A DNA stretch of 63,068 nucleotides, the filler included, from Rhabdomonas costata (Eukaryota), in assembly GCA_019059605.1 (NCBI GenBank). It is 42 parts of 42 records of this genome, joined end to end, with 100 filler letters (N's around TTAATTAATTAA, not from the genome) between each part and the next. Parts side by side here need not be neighbours in the genome. Positions count along the whole stretch, not along the records: positions 51,134 to 52,536 come from JAHMHO010016984.1; positions 52,637 to 54,047 come from JAHMHO010016985.1; positions 54,148 to 55,549 come from JAHMHO010016986.1; positions 55,650 to 57,060 come from JAHMHO010016987.1; positions 57,161 to 58,562 come from JAHMHO010016988.1; positions 58,663 to 60,064 come from JAHMHO010016989.1; positions 60,165 to 61,566 come from JAHMHO010016990.1; positions 61,667 to 63,068 come from JAHMHO010016991.1; 34 more parts are not named here. The stretch is one strand, 5' to 3'. Made by a program: the position numbers and the translations under genes. This document shows, in pieces, positions 51,034 to 62,147 of this stretch. The number at the start of each line of letters is the position of its first letter. The stretch's first letter is position 1. The notes beneath the pieces are model-generated. The model made no database searches. It saw only the letters and a list, made by a program, of their open reading frames with translations, and was not told the DNA's origin.

Positions 51034-51347
51034 NNNNNNNNNNNNNNNNNNNNNNNNNNNNNNNNNNNNNNNNNNNNTTAATTAATTAANNNNNNNNNNN
51101 NNNNNNNNNNNNNNNNNNNNNNNNNNNNNNNNNATCTAAGGCTAAGCGTAGGAGTAACGCTGAAGTTGAAGGCCTGATGCTTCGAAGCTGAGGGTTAGAG
51201 ACAGAGGCAGAATCCCACCGCTGATGCCGATGCCTTAAAGGTGATGCTAGGATGATGCTAGGGTGCAATGCCTATGCTGATTCCTGCCGCTAGATGGGAG
51301 TTGGATGTCGGGATGTCTACGCCATCCCTCCTAGATGCGTGGTTCAG

Positions 51348-51860
51348 TCGTTCCACCACCCTAAGGTGCTTCCACTCCTTCACTCCGAACTCAGAACTCA
51401 GCATGACGGTCAGGATGCTCAGGTGTTCGCATCCTTCCCTCACGTGTGGTTCACTCCGCCGCTACCCGGCTACGTTCACGGTTCGTCACTCGCTACACGC
51501 TCGTTCCTCTCGACGTCAGCATTCTCGGTGCCTCCTATGCTTCCTCTGTTGATGGCTCGCTCCACCGCTTCACGGTTACGCTCACAAGACCAGGATATTC
51601 TGCTTGTCGTGATGCTCGGTACCTCGCATCCCTACATCTTCTAGTCAGGATTCTCGGTGCCTCGAATCCTTCCATCTTCCTGTCGGCATTCACTGCGTTC
51701 CTGCCTCCTATCCCCATTCGCTATCCGCTCAGTACCGAGCATGCGACATCATGGCATTACCCTGGTCGTCACTCCCCACCATAAGGCGGTTCGTTCCTCC
51801 ACCCTTCAACAGCCCTACGTGTCTCTTCACTCGTTCCACCACCCTAAGGTGCTTCCACTC
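51348..51860. repeat. 30-bp perfect direct repeat TCGTTCCACCACCCTAAGGTGCTTCCACTC at 51348-51377 and 51831-51860
   Basis: Direct reading. The two copies enclose 453 bp. Confidence 0.95.
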
Positions 51861-53444
51861 GTTCCGTCCGGGCGTAGCCACAGGAAGAGAACTCAGGGTT
51901 AAGGTTACGCTTACCCTTAGACACGAAGGATGGGTGTGTAGCGATCCATCCGTAGTAGGATGCAACGAAGGAGGGTTGAGGCATGATGGTTCTTGGCTTC
52001 TACAGTCATGCTGAGTTACTGCATTCTTCACTCATAGTCATGCTGATACCCTGAATGCCTCACGAACCCCTCACACCTCAACCCCCAACATCCTGACACA
52101 AAGCCCCAAGAACCCACACAGCAAGAACACACACAAGACCACACTACAGCCCTTGACACCAACAGCACCACGAACCACGACACCAGCCCCTCCGAAACGC
52201 AAGACACCATGACGTCAACACAACAAGCCCTAAACCTACGCACAATAACAACAGTAGCACTAACCCTACGCGTAACAACAACAGTAACAGTAACACGAAG
52301 CATAAGGACAACAACACCGGATTAGCCAAGCACACGAACCCTAACACACCAACCACCACGAACCCTAACACACCCTAAGCCAACATCCTACGCACAAGAT
52401 TAGCCCAACGCACCAACACCCTACCATAGTCACGCTAACCCACACACTCTCTACTACAAGGGTAAACCACGCCTTGGTTGAAGAGGTGATGCCAACATGC
52501 CCTACGCTACGATGCCAACACCCTACTACACATACANNNNNNNNNNNNNNNNNNNNNNNNNNNNNNNNNNNNNNNNNNNNTTAATTAATTAANNNNNNNN
52601 NNNNNNNNNNNNNNNNNNNNNNNNNNNNNNNNNNNNTCCGAACTTCCGTTTGTCCCGGAGTAGTAAAGAAACAACCACAGGCACGAGTGTGCCGTGCGCA
52701 GCCAAGGCAGTACTCACAGGGTTTCTATGACTCACATTTCGTGGGGAGGGCGGCAGGTATACGTGTGTAAATGGTGTGGTGGAATGCCAATGCGTTAAAT
52801 GCGTTAAACGGTAGGAGTCGGAATGTTGCAGTGTGTGGTTCGGATTTCTAGGTGCGTAAGGAACCGGGGTCAGCATGCGAGTTTGGGTATAAGCGTCCTG
52901 CATCGTGTCAACGGGCTGCGAGGGGTGGCCGGACGACATTGACCTCTGACCTCCCTTGTACCATCCTTGAAGGAAAATAGGTTATAGCAAAGAAACCTGT
53001 TTTTTGTCTATATGAAAACTTTTACAGCCCTGCCTCCTCTGCTTCTACGTCTTCGTTGGGTGGCGAGTGTAGACTGCACGGAATATCATGTGAGCCCGGC
53101 TCTCCTCTTTTGCTTCTGGTTCTTCCGGCTTTGGGTAAAATGTGCACTTATTAAAGGTTGGGGAAAGTGGGAAATGTTTTTTGAACTCCACCTTTGTGGT
53201 TTTTACTTGCTGCTTTTTACTTTTGGCTTTTATGCTGTGAAACGTGCTGTGTACATTTCTGTTTCGTTTCCACACTTACCATAAGCCCAAACCCATACAA
53301 AGGTAAATATCTGGGTGGCCAATCGAGTCCAACATAGAACTCCGGTTCATGCGTCCACTGGGTCCGGTTTGCTTTCTGGCGTGAGATGGCGCCAGAAATT
53401 CCCCATAACTTTCCCTCTGCCCCTCTTTTCGCCCTCACCCTCAG

Positions 53445-53610
53445 AACTTGGAGGCTGTCGTGACGGACTTGGTCAAGCTCAATGCCTCCCTGTTCTCTCA
53501 GCTTGCCAATTTGCAAGCTCAACCACCTCCGCAGCCGTCACCTGCGATGCAGCCACCACCGCCACAACCGCAGTCCTCCCCACTGCAGCAGCCACCCCTT
53601 CCACAGCCCG

Positions 53611-53641
<31 letters not shown>

Positions 53642-53695
53642 TACGCAGCCGCTGCAAGGCCAAGCGGTGCATGGTTGGCCGAGGGAGCTCGCAGC
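53445..53695 (+). CDS. Gln/Pro-rich exon with a poly-Q (CAG) tract
   Basis: Long pyrimidine tract with CAG acceptor; NLEAVVTDLVKLNASLFSQLANLQAQPPPQP...Q9. The donor is at 53696 or 53667. Confidence 0.55.
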
Positions 53696-54147
53696 GTACA
53701 TGCCTCCAACTCCTCATTTTGCAGTTCTTCACGCGGATTCAGAAAAGACCGCAAAAAGGGTTGCCCCCACCCCACCCTGCTGAAATGCCGGAACTGCTCG
53801 CAGAACCTTTCAGAAAGCAGCTCCTCAGCGCAGCTGCTCTCCCGCTCAGGAGCTGCTTTCGAGGCCGATAGTATCGGGACTGAGTACTTTTGCTTCCAAA
53901 TGCACTGCACCGGCACTACCGCTGTGCAGACGCAAGCCGAAGGGCTTTGCTAAGTTGTGAATGACGCCTGTCATTTGCTCTGCTTCGCCTTGTAAAAATG
54001 GAAAGTTGAGGCATAGTCACTGTCACCAAAAACGATTCCCCACAAACNNNNNNNNNNNNNNNNNNNNNNNNNNNNNNNNNNNNNNNNNNNNTTAATTAAT
54101 TAANNNNNNNNNNNNNNNNNNNNNNNNNNNNNNNNNNNNNNNNNNNN

Positions 54148-55370
54148 GGGGGTGGGGAGGAGTGGTGCAGCCGGTGCAGCTCGGCAAACACCGCGCGGGC
54201 CTGCGCCTGGGATCCCTCGCGGAGATGGGCGACCCCGGCAGAAAACTGCTCCTTGAAGTGGCTCCCTGAGGGCTGCAGTATGGAGTACATCCTGTTTAGG
54301 AGGCGAGAACGAAACCTTCCTGACATGCATGCGTGCGTGAGTGCATGTGTGTCAGGGGTCAACCATTCATTCCTCGGGTACGAATGACAGCCGACATGGC
54401 ACACACGACAAGTGACAGCGGTAAGGACCGACTTAAGCACAGACCAGCATTGGAGCGGTGAAAGGGCGACAGGATGTAAGGGCACTGCAAAGCTCCAGCT
54501 TAAATTCATTGTTCGAATGCTCTGAAGCCTACGTTGAAGCGCAGCTAAGGGGTTAACTCGATGGGGCGTGCCTTCCCCAGTCGCTCGCTGTCAACACACG
54601 GCACGTGCACTCTTCATACAGCTCGCGATTTCCTTTGCACCTAGCGCACACGGAGGTCTTTCCATCGGCTCTCAGTCTTCGTCGCAGTGTGATCTTTGTG
54701 CTTTGGCCTGATGAGCTCGCCTCCATCCATCGCAGTGGTGTCTCCCCCTCCGGCGCCCACGTCTATGTTGCGGTTTCGTTTTCTTTTGTGTTATTTAATG
54801 CGGAAATAGAGATGGTCATGGCGGTTGGTGGGTTTTCCTCCTTGTCCGTTTCTGTTAGGGTCCGCCCGGCTTTCTGTGCCTCATACCATTCTTCGTGGTG
54901 TTCGTTGGGGGCAATGCGGAGAAGCTCTATGACGACCTCGGCGTCACCCAGGGAAAGACCAGTTGCCACGTCCACGGGAAGAACATCACAGCAAAACTCC
55001 ACCTGGGCACAGCAATGGTGTATGGTATGTGGCACGTAGAAGGAGGAGGGGGAGGAGACAAGTCTTCTCATGAATGCGCTTTGTATCGCTGCTTTGGGCA
55101 GTTAAATTAAGGGAAACAACGGCTGATGCTAGAAATTCACCGGAGCCAGCCCAGAATCCAGTTTATTCCGTGATTTTGGGGAGTTTGCTTGCAATGAGAA
55201 AACCAATTGAAACCCGAGCGAGGCCTCCAGATAGGAGGTTCCAGGGCGTGCACATATAGGACTACCAGAAAATCTATTACATTCTATACCATAACGAAAA
55301 GGGCACCTGGGTGCTCACCGCAGTGTCGATGAGGACGCGGCCTCTGATCAACTCACACAGCGACAGCAAC
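54148..55370 (-). CDS. Class III cyclase-like protein, C-terminal region; exons 55370-55307, 55002-54887, 54291-<54148
   Basis: LLSLCELIRGRVLIDTAVSTQ|VEFCCDVLPVDV...NEHHEEW|MYSIL...FSAGVAHLREG. Splicing rebuilds EEWMY, and the sequence aligns with the contig-1 cyclase. Confidence 0.75.
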
Positions 55371-55715
55371 CTGTGAACCTTCTCCTGCGACAGAAAAAGT
55401 CATTGGAAACACACGCACACAGCAGACAGTTCTTTGTTTTCCTTGTAGGGGCAAACAAAGAGGGTTCCAACATGCAAAAACGCTAAGAAAGTCCAAATTC
55501 CAAGTTCCAACTCAGCCACATTCTGCCCCGCTTCCTTAGCCACCACCCCNNNNNNNNNNNNNNNNNNNNNNNNNNNNNNNNNNNNNNNNNNNNTTAATTA
55601 ATTAANNNNNNNNNNNNNNNNNNNNNNNNNNNNNNNNNNNNNNNNNNNNTGTTTTTGATTTCCCGTGCCCACTGGTTTCTCATTGTCTGCTACTGGCACG
55701 TGTTTGTGCGAGTTT

Positions 55716-55717
<2 letters not shown>

Positions 55718-55754
<37 letters not shown>
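55718..55754. repeat. (GT)n microsatellite, about 18 units
   Basis: Direct reading. Confidence 0.95.
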
Positions 55755-55755
<1 letters not shown>

Positions 55756-55985
55756 AGTGGGCGCCTCGCCTCCTGCCTGCCTGAAATTGATCTTCAGTCA
55801 TCACGCTTAGTTCTTTCCTTTCTTCCTTCTGCTTCCACTGTAATCTTCCAGGATAGTGGTCCGACCATGGAACTGGAGCTGCAACCATGGGATTGGTGCT
55901 ACTTCTGGACTCTGCAGCCCCAGCTCTTCCTTCCTTCCTTCCAAGATTCCACTGTTTTGCCTGAAATAAGATGCTCGCTCAATAC

Positions 55986-56806
55986 CGCAGCGGGAATCCC
56001 GGTGACGCTCTGGATGATCTGCTTAAACTGCGCCTGTGTCATCGCCGAGCAGTCCTGAAGCAGAGCAGTACAGAAAAACCTGTGCGTCAAGCGCATTTCC
56101 AGGCAGGCTGGGAGCAGGTAATATGAAATTAAAAAACCATCAGGTGGGGAGAGAACTTTCACAAACCATGATAAAACCTATGATGACAAAACAGGGAATG
56201 CTTTCCAGCCACTCAATCGGCCAAAAATAAGCACACCGACACAAAGCTCAGTGTGTGCTCATTCACTTTGATGGGTGAACAGCTCTTGAGGCTTTCATGC
56301 TTCTGGGAGTGTGTGTGTGGGGGGGGCAATCAAGGGCATGCCAGGTTCATGGTAAGCGAGAGGTATTTGCTGGCTCGTGAGTTCAGCGGCCCGGAGATGG
56401 TCAGGGAGAGGGCGCAGGCATCCTTGGAGGGGGCGGTGGAGATCAGCATGCAAAGGTACGCCCCCACAGAGGCCAGGGCGGGCTCTGCAGGGTAGGAGGA
56501 AGGAAAGAAAAGAAAAGAAAAACGCCCCCTTCCCAGCTCTGGGTGGGACTCCACACACACAAGTTGGAGTGAGCATCTCAATAGAGCGGGTGCGGGACTG
56601 TGGAAACTGGGCTAAATCGACCACTTGATGATCCCCAAGTGAAGGCATCAGGTCATCATGGGCACACGGAGGGAGCAAGCAAAAAGGATAACAACCGGAG
56701 GGGCAGTTGGTGACAGTCAGGTTCACTGCAGTGAAGTCCGGGCAGGATCCTGTCGCGGTTAGGAGCGAGAAGGACTGCACGGACAGCGGATCGGGAACGT
56801 AGCTTG
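55986..56806 (-). CDS. Probable extracellular or surface protein; exons 56806-56696, 56484-56342, 56054-55986
   Basis: SYVPDPLSVQSFSLLTATGSCPDFTAVNLTVTNCPS|EPALAS...KYLSLTMNL|DCSAMTQAQFKQIIQSVTGIPAA. The middle exon ends at a GC donor. Confidence 0.62.
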
Positions 56807-57160
56807 CTGTGAAAGAAATACAAGACAACACATTCCGTCACCTGCACAATAAAAAATGCTTCGAATTAACAGCATCAAAGCCAGAGCGCGGTTTCGATTG
56901 TATCAGAAATCGCGCAGGAAAGGCTTCCGCAACATTCGCCGTTGGTCATGCCCCCCTCCAAAAAAAACAATCCGGCTTGCTGACACCAACTGCGGCTGGT
57001 TGAGCACCCTGAGTTTGCGGGGGAGACCCCCCCCCCTCCACATCCTCTGCATGAGAATTCNNNNNNNNNNNNNNNNNNNNNNNNNNNNNNNNNNNNNNNN
57101 NNNNTTAATTAATTAANNNNNNNNNNNNNNNNNNNNNNNNNNNNNNNNNNNNNNNNNNNN

Positions 57161-58184
57161 GGGGTGGTGGAGGGCTGGGTGGAGGAGCATGGGGAGCCCC
57201 CGTCCAGGGGAAAGTCCGCCAAGGTGTGCACGGGGAAGGCACCCTTGCGGCTCACTCGGGCGGCCAGGCTGAGCTCTGGGGAGTCCCGGGTTTCCCACTG
57301 GCTGCAGTTCTGAAACCCCCAGCGCACCGCGGCATGGCCGACATCCAAACAAAGATAGTTCGACACAAAGACCACTTCCACAGACAGGCCCAGGAACGCT
57401 GGAAAAACTCAACTGTGAAATCTACGCTCCGGGTCTAAGTCAAGGTTTCCGGGAAAGAATTTTCGCGATGTGGCTGTTTTTGCGTTCCTACGCGGCGAGT
57501 ATTTTAACACAAACGCTGTCCTTCATTCTTCTAAGGTGGGTTCCCATTTCGCATCCCTGCCAATAATATGGACAGCGTCATCTCAAAAGATGAGAGACGA
57601 CAGTAGAAGGTCCAAAATCAGCTTGAAAAACAAGCACAACCGATACACACTGGAACCCAGTTTTTTCATCACTGTTATAGCTTCCAAGTCCTAAAATGCC
57701 TGATTTAGTGCACACTTCTGTAAGTTGTGACGTTTTGAAATGACGGGGACAATCATATGCAATACCAATGGTTCGGTACGGTGCTGCAGGTTCTAACCTT
57801 CGATCTTCCTTTTTCGGCAGAACTGTGACTATTTTTGGGCGCTGACTCTAAGCTTATCTGGAGTACCCTTGTCTATCAAGTGTTACCTTGCATAGGGAGC
57901 ACAGGGCCACAGGTCACTCACTTACACACACACACACACTCACTCACTCACTCACACCATTGCACATTTCATATTTCACTCCAATATCCAACCGATCCTC
58001 CACTCCTCGCCACACAACTTACGGGCTCCCTTTAATTTGGCAACGCGGCGATCGGGGCGAAGAAGGGGGGGGGAAAGGCACTCACTGCAGTGACGAGGAG
58101 GTCTCTCTCCAGGGGTTGCACGGCGAGCCGGCGCCCCCTTCGAGACAACAGAGTTGTCTTCGCAAGGGACAGCTCTTCCATGGC
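57161..58184 (-). CDS. Hypothetical protein; exons 58184-58086 and probably 57309-<57161
   Basis: Poly-T acceptor and consensus GTGAGT donor around AMEELSLAKTTLLSRRGRRLAVQPLERDLLVTA. Confidence 0.5.
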
Positions 58185-58455
58185 CTGAGGCACACAAAAA
58201 ACGAAGAAAAAAAGCCTGGATTGATTCAGTGCAAAGCCTTCAGGCAAAGGACCACAAGACCGTCCTTGCACAACACAGACTGATGTTGGAAACGTGGCAG
58301 CTCTTCCACTCTCCAGAGACTCAGCGATCATTTACTTGGTGACCTTGTTCTAACTCTTTGATTCATTGCTGATGCTCCACCGTTTCTCTTTTCAGAAAGA
58401 TTATAATTCAACCGACCCAGAGTTAACAGGGTAACCTTTTCGCTGTGGGAGTTGT

Positions 58456-58562
58456 GGGTCTACAAAAACCAAGTGTACATGGCAAGAGTGCGGCTCGACC
58501 TTATGCAGGTCACAGGATGAAGAGGAGCACTCTTGCCATGTACACTTGGTTTTTGTAAACCC
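58456..58562. repeat. Terminal inverted repeat (58456-58491 / 58527-58562)
   Basis: 36-bp arms, with one mismatch in the terminal A/C tail. Confidence 0.9.
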
Positions 58563-58771
58563 NNNNNNNNNNNNNNNNNNNNNNNNNNNNNNNNNNNNNN
58601 NNNNNNTTAATTAATTAANNNNNNNNNNNNNNNNNNNNNNNNNNNNNNNNNNNNNNNNNNNNACTTTTTGCTCATAGGAAACATCTGCACATGAAGGCAA
58701 AAAAGAGTGCGTGCGTCGTTAAGGTCGTTAAGGTAGCACCATGAACCGGACATGGGGGATTCAGCAACCAC

Positions 58772-58940
58772 CTTGCAGTGAAGTATCTAAGCCTGACGTC
58801 GTTGTGACGGCCTCGTCATGTTCCTCAGGTAAGGGCACAGGTGGCAAGATGTGAGAAGACGTCGTCTGGTCCTCTTCCATCAAGCGCTTCAACCGTTCTT
58901 GAAAATAGGCCACATTCGATATCTGCTTCTTGGATGCCAT
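58772..58940 (-). CDS. Possible first coding exon of a hypothetical protein (too short for the ORF track)
   Basis: MASKKQISNVAYFQERLKRLMEEDQTTSSHILPPVPLPEE... followed by a GTGGTT donor. Confidence 0.38.
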
Positions 58941-60165
58941 ATTCAGTGTTCAAAAAGTAACTTGGGTGCGAGTGAGGGCAGCTGTGTGCACGGTGGTTAC
59001 AATTTCCAATAGGAGTGACATAAACAGGATTGCTTACTCCCAAGTTGTGAACTTTGCCAGGATGGACGATATCGAGGGACAAGAGAACAAACGACCAAAA
59101 CACCAAAAAAAAACTTCAAACTCAAAACGCAGAACGCAGAACAAGTCACGTGTGTGGGAACTGTTGAAATGAAATGAGGAATGGAAACGAAGTCACCTCA
59201 CCTACCGAGGCGACGTGTTTCCAAATGAATTTCCAAATGAACTCAACACAGTGGCACTCGGAGGCTGCTCTTTCCAATTTTTGATTCGGAATGGGCAAAC
59301 TTGAAGTTCTGTGTTTGACGCCGTTCGGGAATCACATCTTTTTCACGCTTTTCGAAATAAAATCGCACGGCGCAGACCCGATTCACACGTTGTGGATGGT
59401 AATGTCAGGTGCCGCATACGCGTGAGTGAGGAGTGGGCATTTTTTTTAAAGCCCAAGTAATTCCCACACAGGTTGCCTTTCATCAGATGCACTGTCAAAC
59501 GCTTCCTCTTCAGACAGAATGCAACAACCACTCCGCAATTTTTGCAACCAGCGTTCAAGTTCAAGTTGCAACTGACAATACACCAAAGGCAGTGACCTGG
59601 AACAAAAATGAACGTTCGCACAGAGCACAAGTCAGCAATGTCAACAGTCACTATGGCATTTTATGTTTTGTTTTCACTCTTTGGTTCCGCCTTTGCTTCT
59701 TTTTCATCTGCAGGCGACGCCTGCCGTTCTTCAGACGTTAAATCCGCCTGAGCAAAAACGACAGAGGAGCGACCACAGAAACAACAAAAGAACACGACAA
59801 AAAACGAGCTGACTGCCCCTCGCGCGACTCGCCCTTGAGGGTCTCGCACAACTAAACAAAGAGCTAAACAAAGAGCAAACCTGGCCAGCCAAGAGAGCGT
59901 CTCGGGCGTTGGCGACCACCCTTTGAATGTACGGAGACCCTCCCTCTCCTTTTTCATCCGGCGCATTGATTTCATACATGATTCGGTAACGCCCCAATCG
60001 GGGTTCCCAAGGTTCCGCGTTCACTGATCGAAGGTCAATATGGGGTATGCCAACCCTGCGTGACNNNNNNNNNNNNNNNNNNNNNNNNNNNNNNNNNNNN
60101 NNNNNNNNTTAATTAATTAANNNNNNNNNNNNNNNNNNNNNNNNNNNNNNNNNNNNNNNNNNNNT

Positions 60166-60375
60166 GTGGGGTCTCAGTGCATGTATGATGGTCCAATGTC
60201 CATCTCTCTTGCATCTCTCATTCAGCACCCTCCTACCCCTCCTACCCTCAGAATCACATAAGACCACCATACATGCACCTCATGTGATTCTGAGGGTAGG
60301 AGGGGTAGGAGGGTGCTGAATGAGAGATGCAAGAGAGATGGACATTGGACCATCATACATGCACTGAGACCCCAC
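60166..60375. repeat. Terminal inverted repeat (60166-60259 / 60282-60375)
   Basis: 94-bp perfect arms and a 22-bp loop at the contig start. Confidence 0.94.
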
Positions 60376-61497
60376 TCATGCTTCCTGGGGCCCCTGGTTC
60401 TTTGCTGGTCGTATTTTCGCATACGCTCACATGCTCCCTAAATGTGATGGTTCGTGCATTCCACCCCCCTAAGGGGCTTCCATGCACTCACCAGTATTCG
60501 TGATCGAGAGAAAGCGTAAAGGCCCCCGCAGGGTACAGGCTGCGTCTCACTCGTGACCGACAGAAAGCACTCAGAACCACCACCCGAATGCCAAGAGTGT
60601 AGTTGAAAGGTAGTCATTGAAAGGGCAAACCCAGCTGGGACAAGTCACTTGCCAGAATTGCCCGGCGGTTGGGTGAGATCATTTCCTTTGCATAAGACTC
60701 ACGGAGACCAAAACGCTGAGCTCGCGTCATTGACGTTAAAAACAAAACTCTTTGGAGAAGATAGAATGAGTAACAACCAGCAGAGTAGGTTATAATGTGC
60801 AGGGGTGCTGCCAGCATGGTGGTGACCTTGCGGGTGGGACCAGCATGTCAGCAAGCTCTGGGCGAGTAGCGCGATGTCCTGAGGTGCGCCTGGAGCAGAA
60901 CATCCAGTACAATGAATGAGAATTCACAACTATTCAGAATAAAAATTAACTAAGCAACCAGGAAAACCATGAACAAAACCCCTCGCATCTGTTTTTTAGG
61001 CCAACACCAAAAACCACGCAAATTTCATCACGTTCGCTGTGATATCCAGGGCTGGGAAAATGCAAATTAGCGAGATCGAAAATGCGATGCGAAAAAGGGT
61101 ACAAAAAAGTACCAGAAAGTACACTTCAAGCCAGATTTTCGCCTCGGGTCTACATCACAAAACCGTATTACAAGGGCGAATGAGACAAAACAGAAAGGAT
61201 TTCGTCTGCTTCAGAAGCAGGCAGGGATTAAATCAAAATTTGGACGAAAGTATTGATTAAATCGTTTATTTATTTCGTTTATTTATTATTTTTTGATATA
61301 AATTTGAATTACAATGAAGTGCTTGTTTTTCGTGCAGGTTGGCCCCTATCGAGGCACGGACAAGGTATCCTAGCCCGACAGCACCTCATTATTGGCAGGA
61401 AGTAGAAATGGGCGACTCAAAAGCCCAGTGATAAGAGTCACAGAAGATCTAAGAACACAGCCGCAGGACGACAGAGAGGGATTAAATCAAAAAATAT

Positions 61498-61566
61498 GTT
61501 TTTCGGGCAGATTAAATCATGATTTAAACACCTTGTTTGAATCATGATTTAATCTGCCCAAAAAAC
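61498..61566. repeat. Terminal inverted repeat (61498-61530 / 61534-61566)
   Basis: 33-bp arms with two mismatches, ending at the contig end. Confidence 0.88.
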
Positions 61567-62147
61567 NNNNNNNNNNNNNNNNNNNNNNNNNNNNNNNNNN
61601 NNNNNNNNNNTTAATTAATTAANNNNNNNNNNNNNNNNNNNNNNNNNNNNNNNNNNNNNNNNNNNNGTGGTGGGTGTGTTTGGGGTGTGGTGGGGGGGAG
61701 TTGTGTCTGAACGATTTCCTGGAGGGTTGGTGTCGTTTTGATGGGCGAATGCACAAACTGAAAAGAAAGGTAGGTAGGTAGGAAGGAAGGAAGAAATGAC
61801 AATACGAAATCAAAAACGTCTGAGACCCGTCTAAGATCCGTCTGAAATCTGAGGGCTGGTTTCTTTCTCGTGTTGGTTGCGGGTTCATAGCAGCCCTGCA
61901 GCATACCCATTGACTGTCATCGCTCTTGTTGTTCTGTATTCTGGGGTCGACCCATTCTCGCTGCCCTGCTGTGACGTTCAGCCCTCAAATGCAGAAACTC
62001 CGTCGCTGCGTGCGTCCATAAAAAGGAAAGGAAACGAGAGAGGGTGATGGGTATTTTGGTCGTGTGTGGGCGCCCAGGACCGCCTGCCATGTCTTCTCTG
62101 GGAATCTCCTGAACGAGTGTTTGTGTGTGTGTGGGGGGTTGCTTCAG

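Larger units (their letters stand above)
1399..61666. other. 41 artificial scaffold linkers (N44-TTAATTAATTAA-N44, 100 bp each; first 1399-1498, last 61567-61666) joining 42 contigs
   Basis: The same 12-mer, with stops in all six frames, is flanked by 44 N on each side about every 1.5 kb. Contig lengths are nearly constant and drift from 1403 to 1402 bp. Confidence 0.99.

Noticed and set aside
51348-51860. 30-bp direct repeat read as a CRISPR array
   Set aside because: Only two copies, 453 bp apart, with no cas genes.
60600-60890. Two candidate minus-strand exons, one with a GCAAGT donor
   Set aside because: I could not join them into a convincing open frame, and no family was recognised.
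1399-61666. Regularly spaced TTAATTAATTAA read as a biological repeat array
   Set aside because: It is always embedded in N44 pads and is a six-frame-stop linker added during assembly concatenation.
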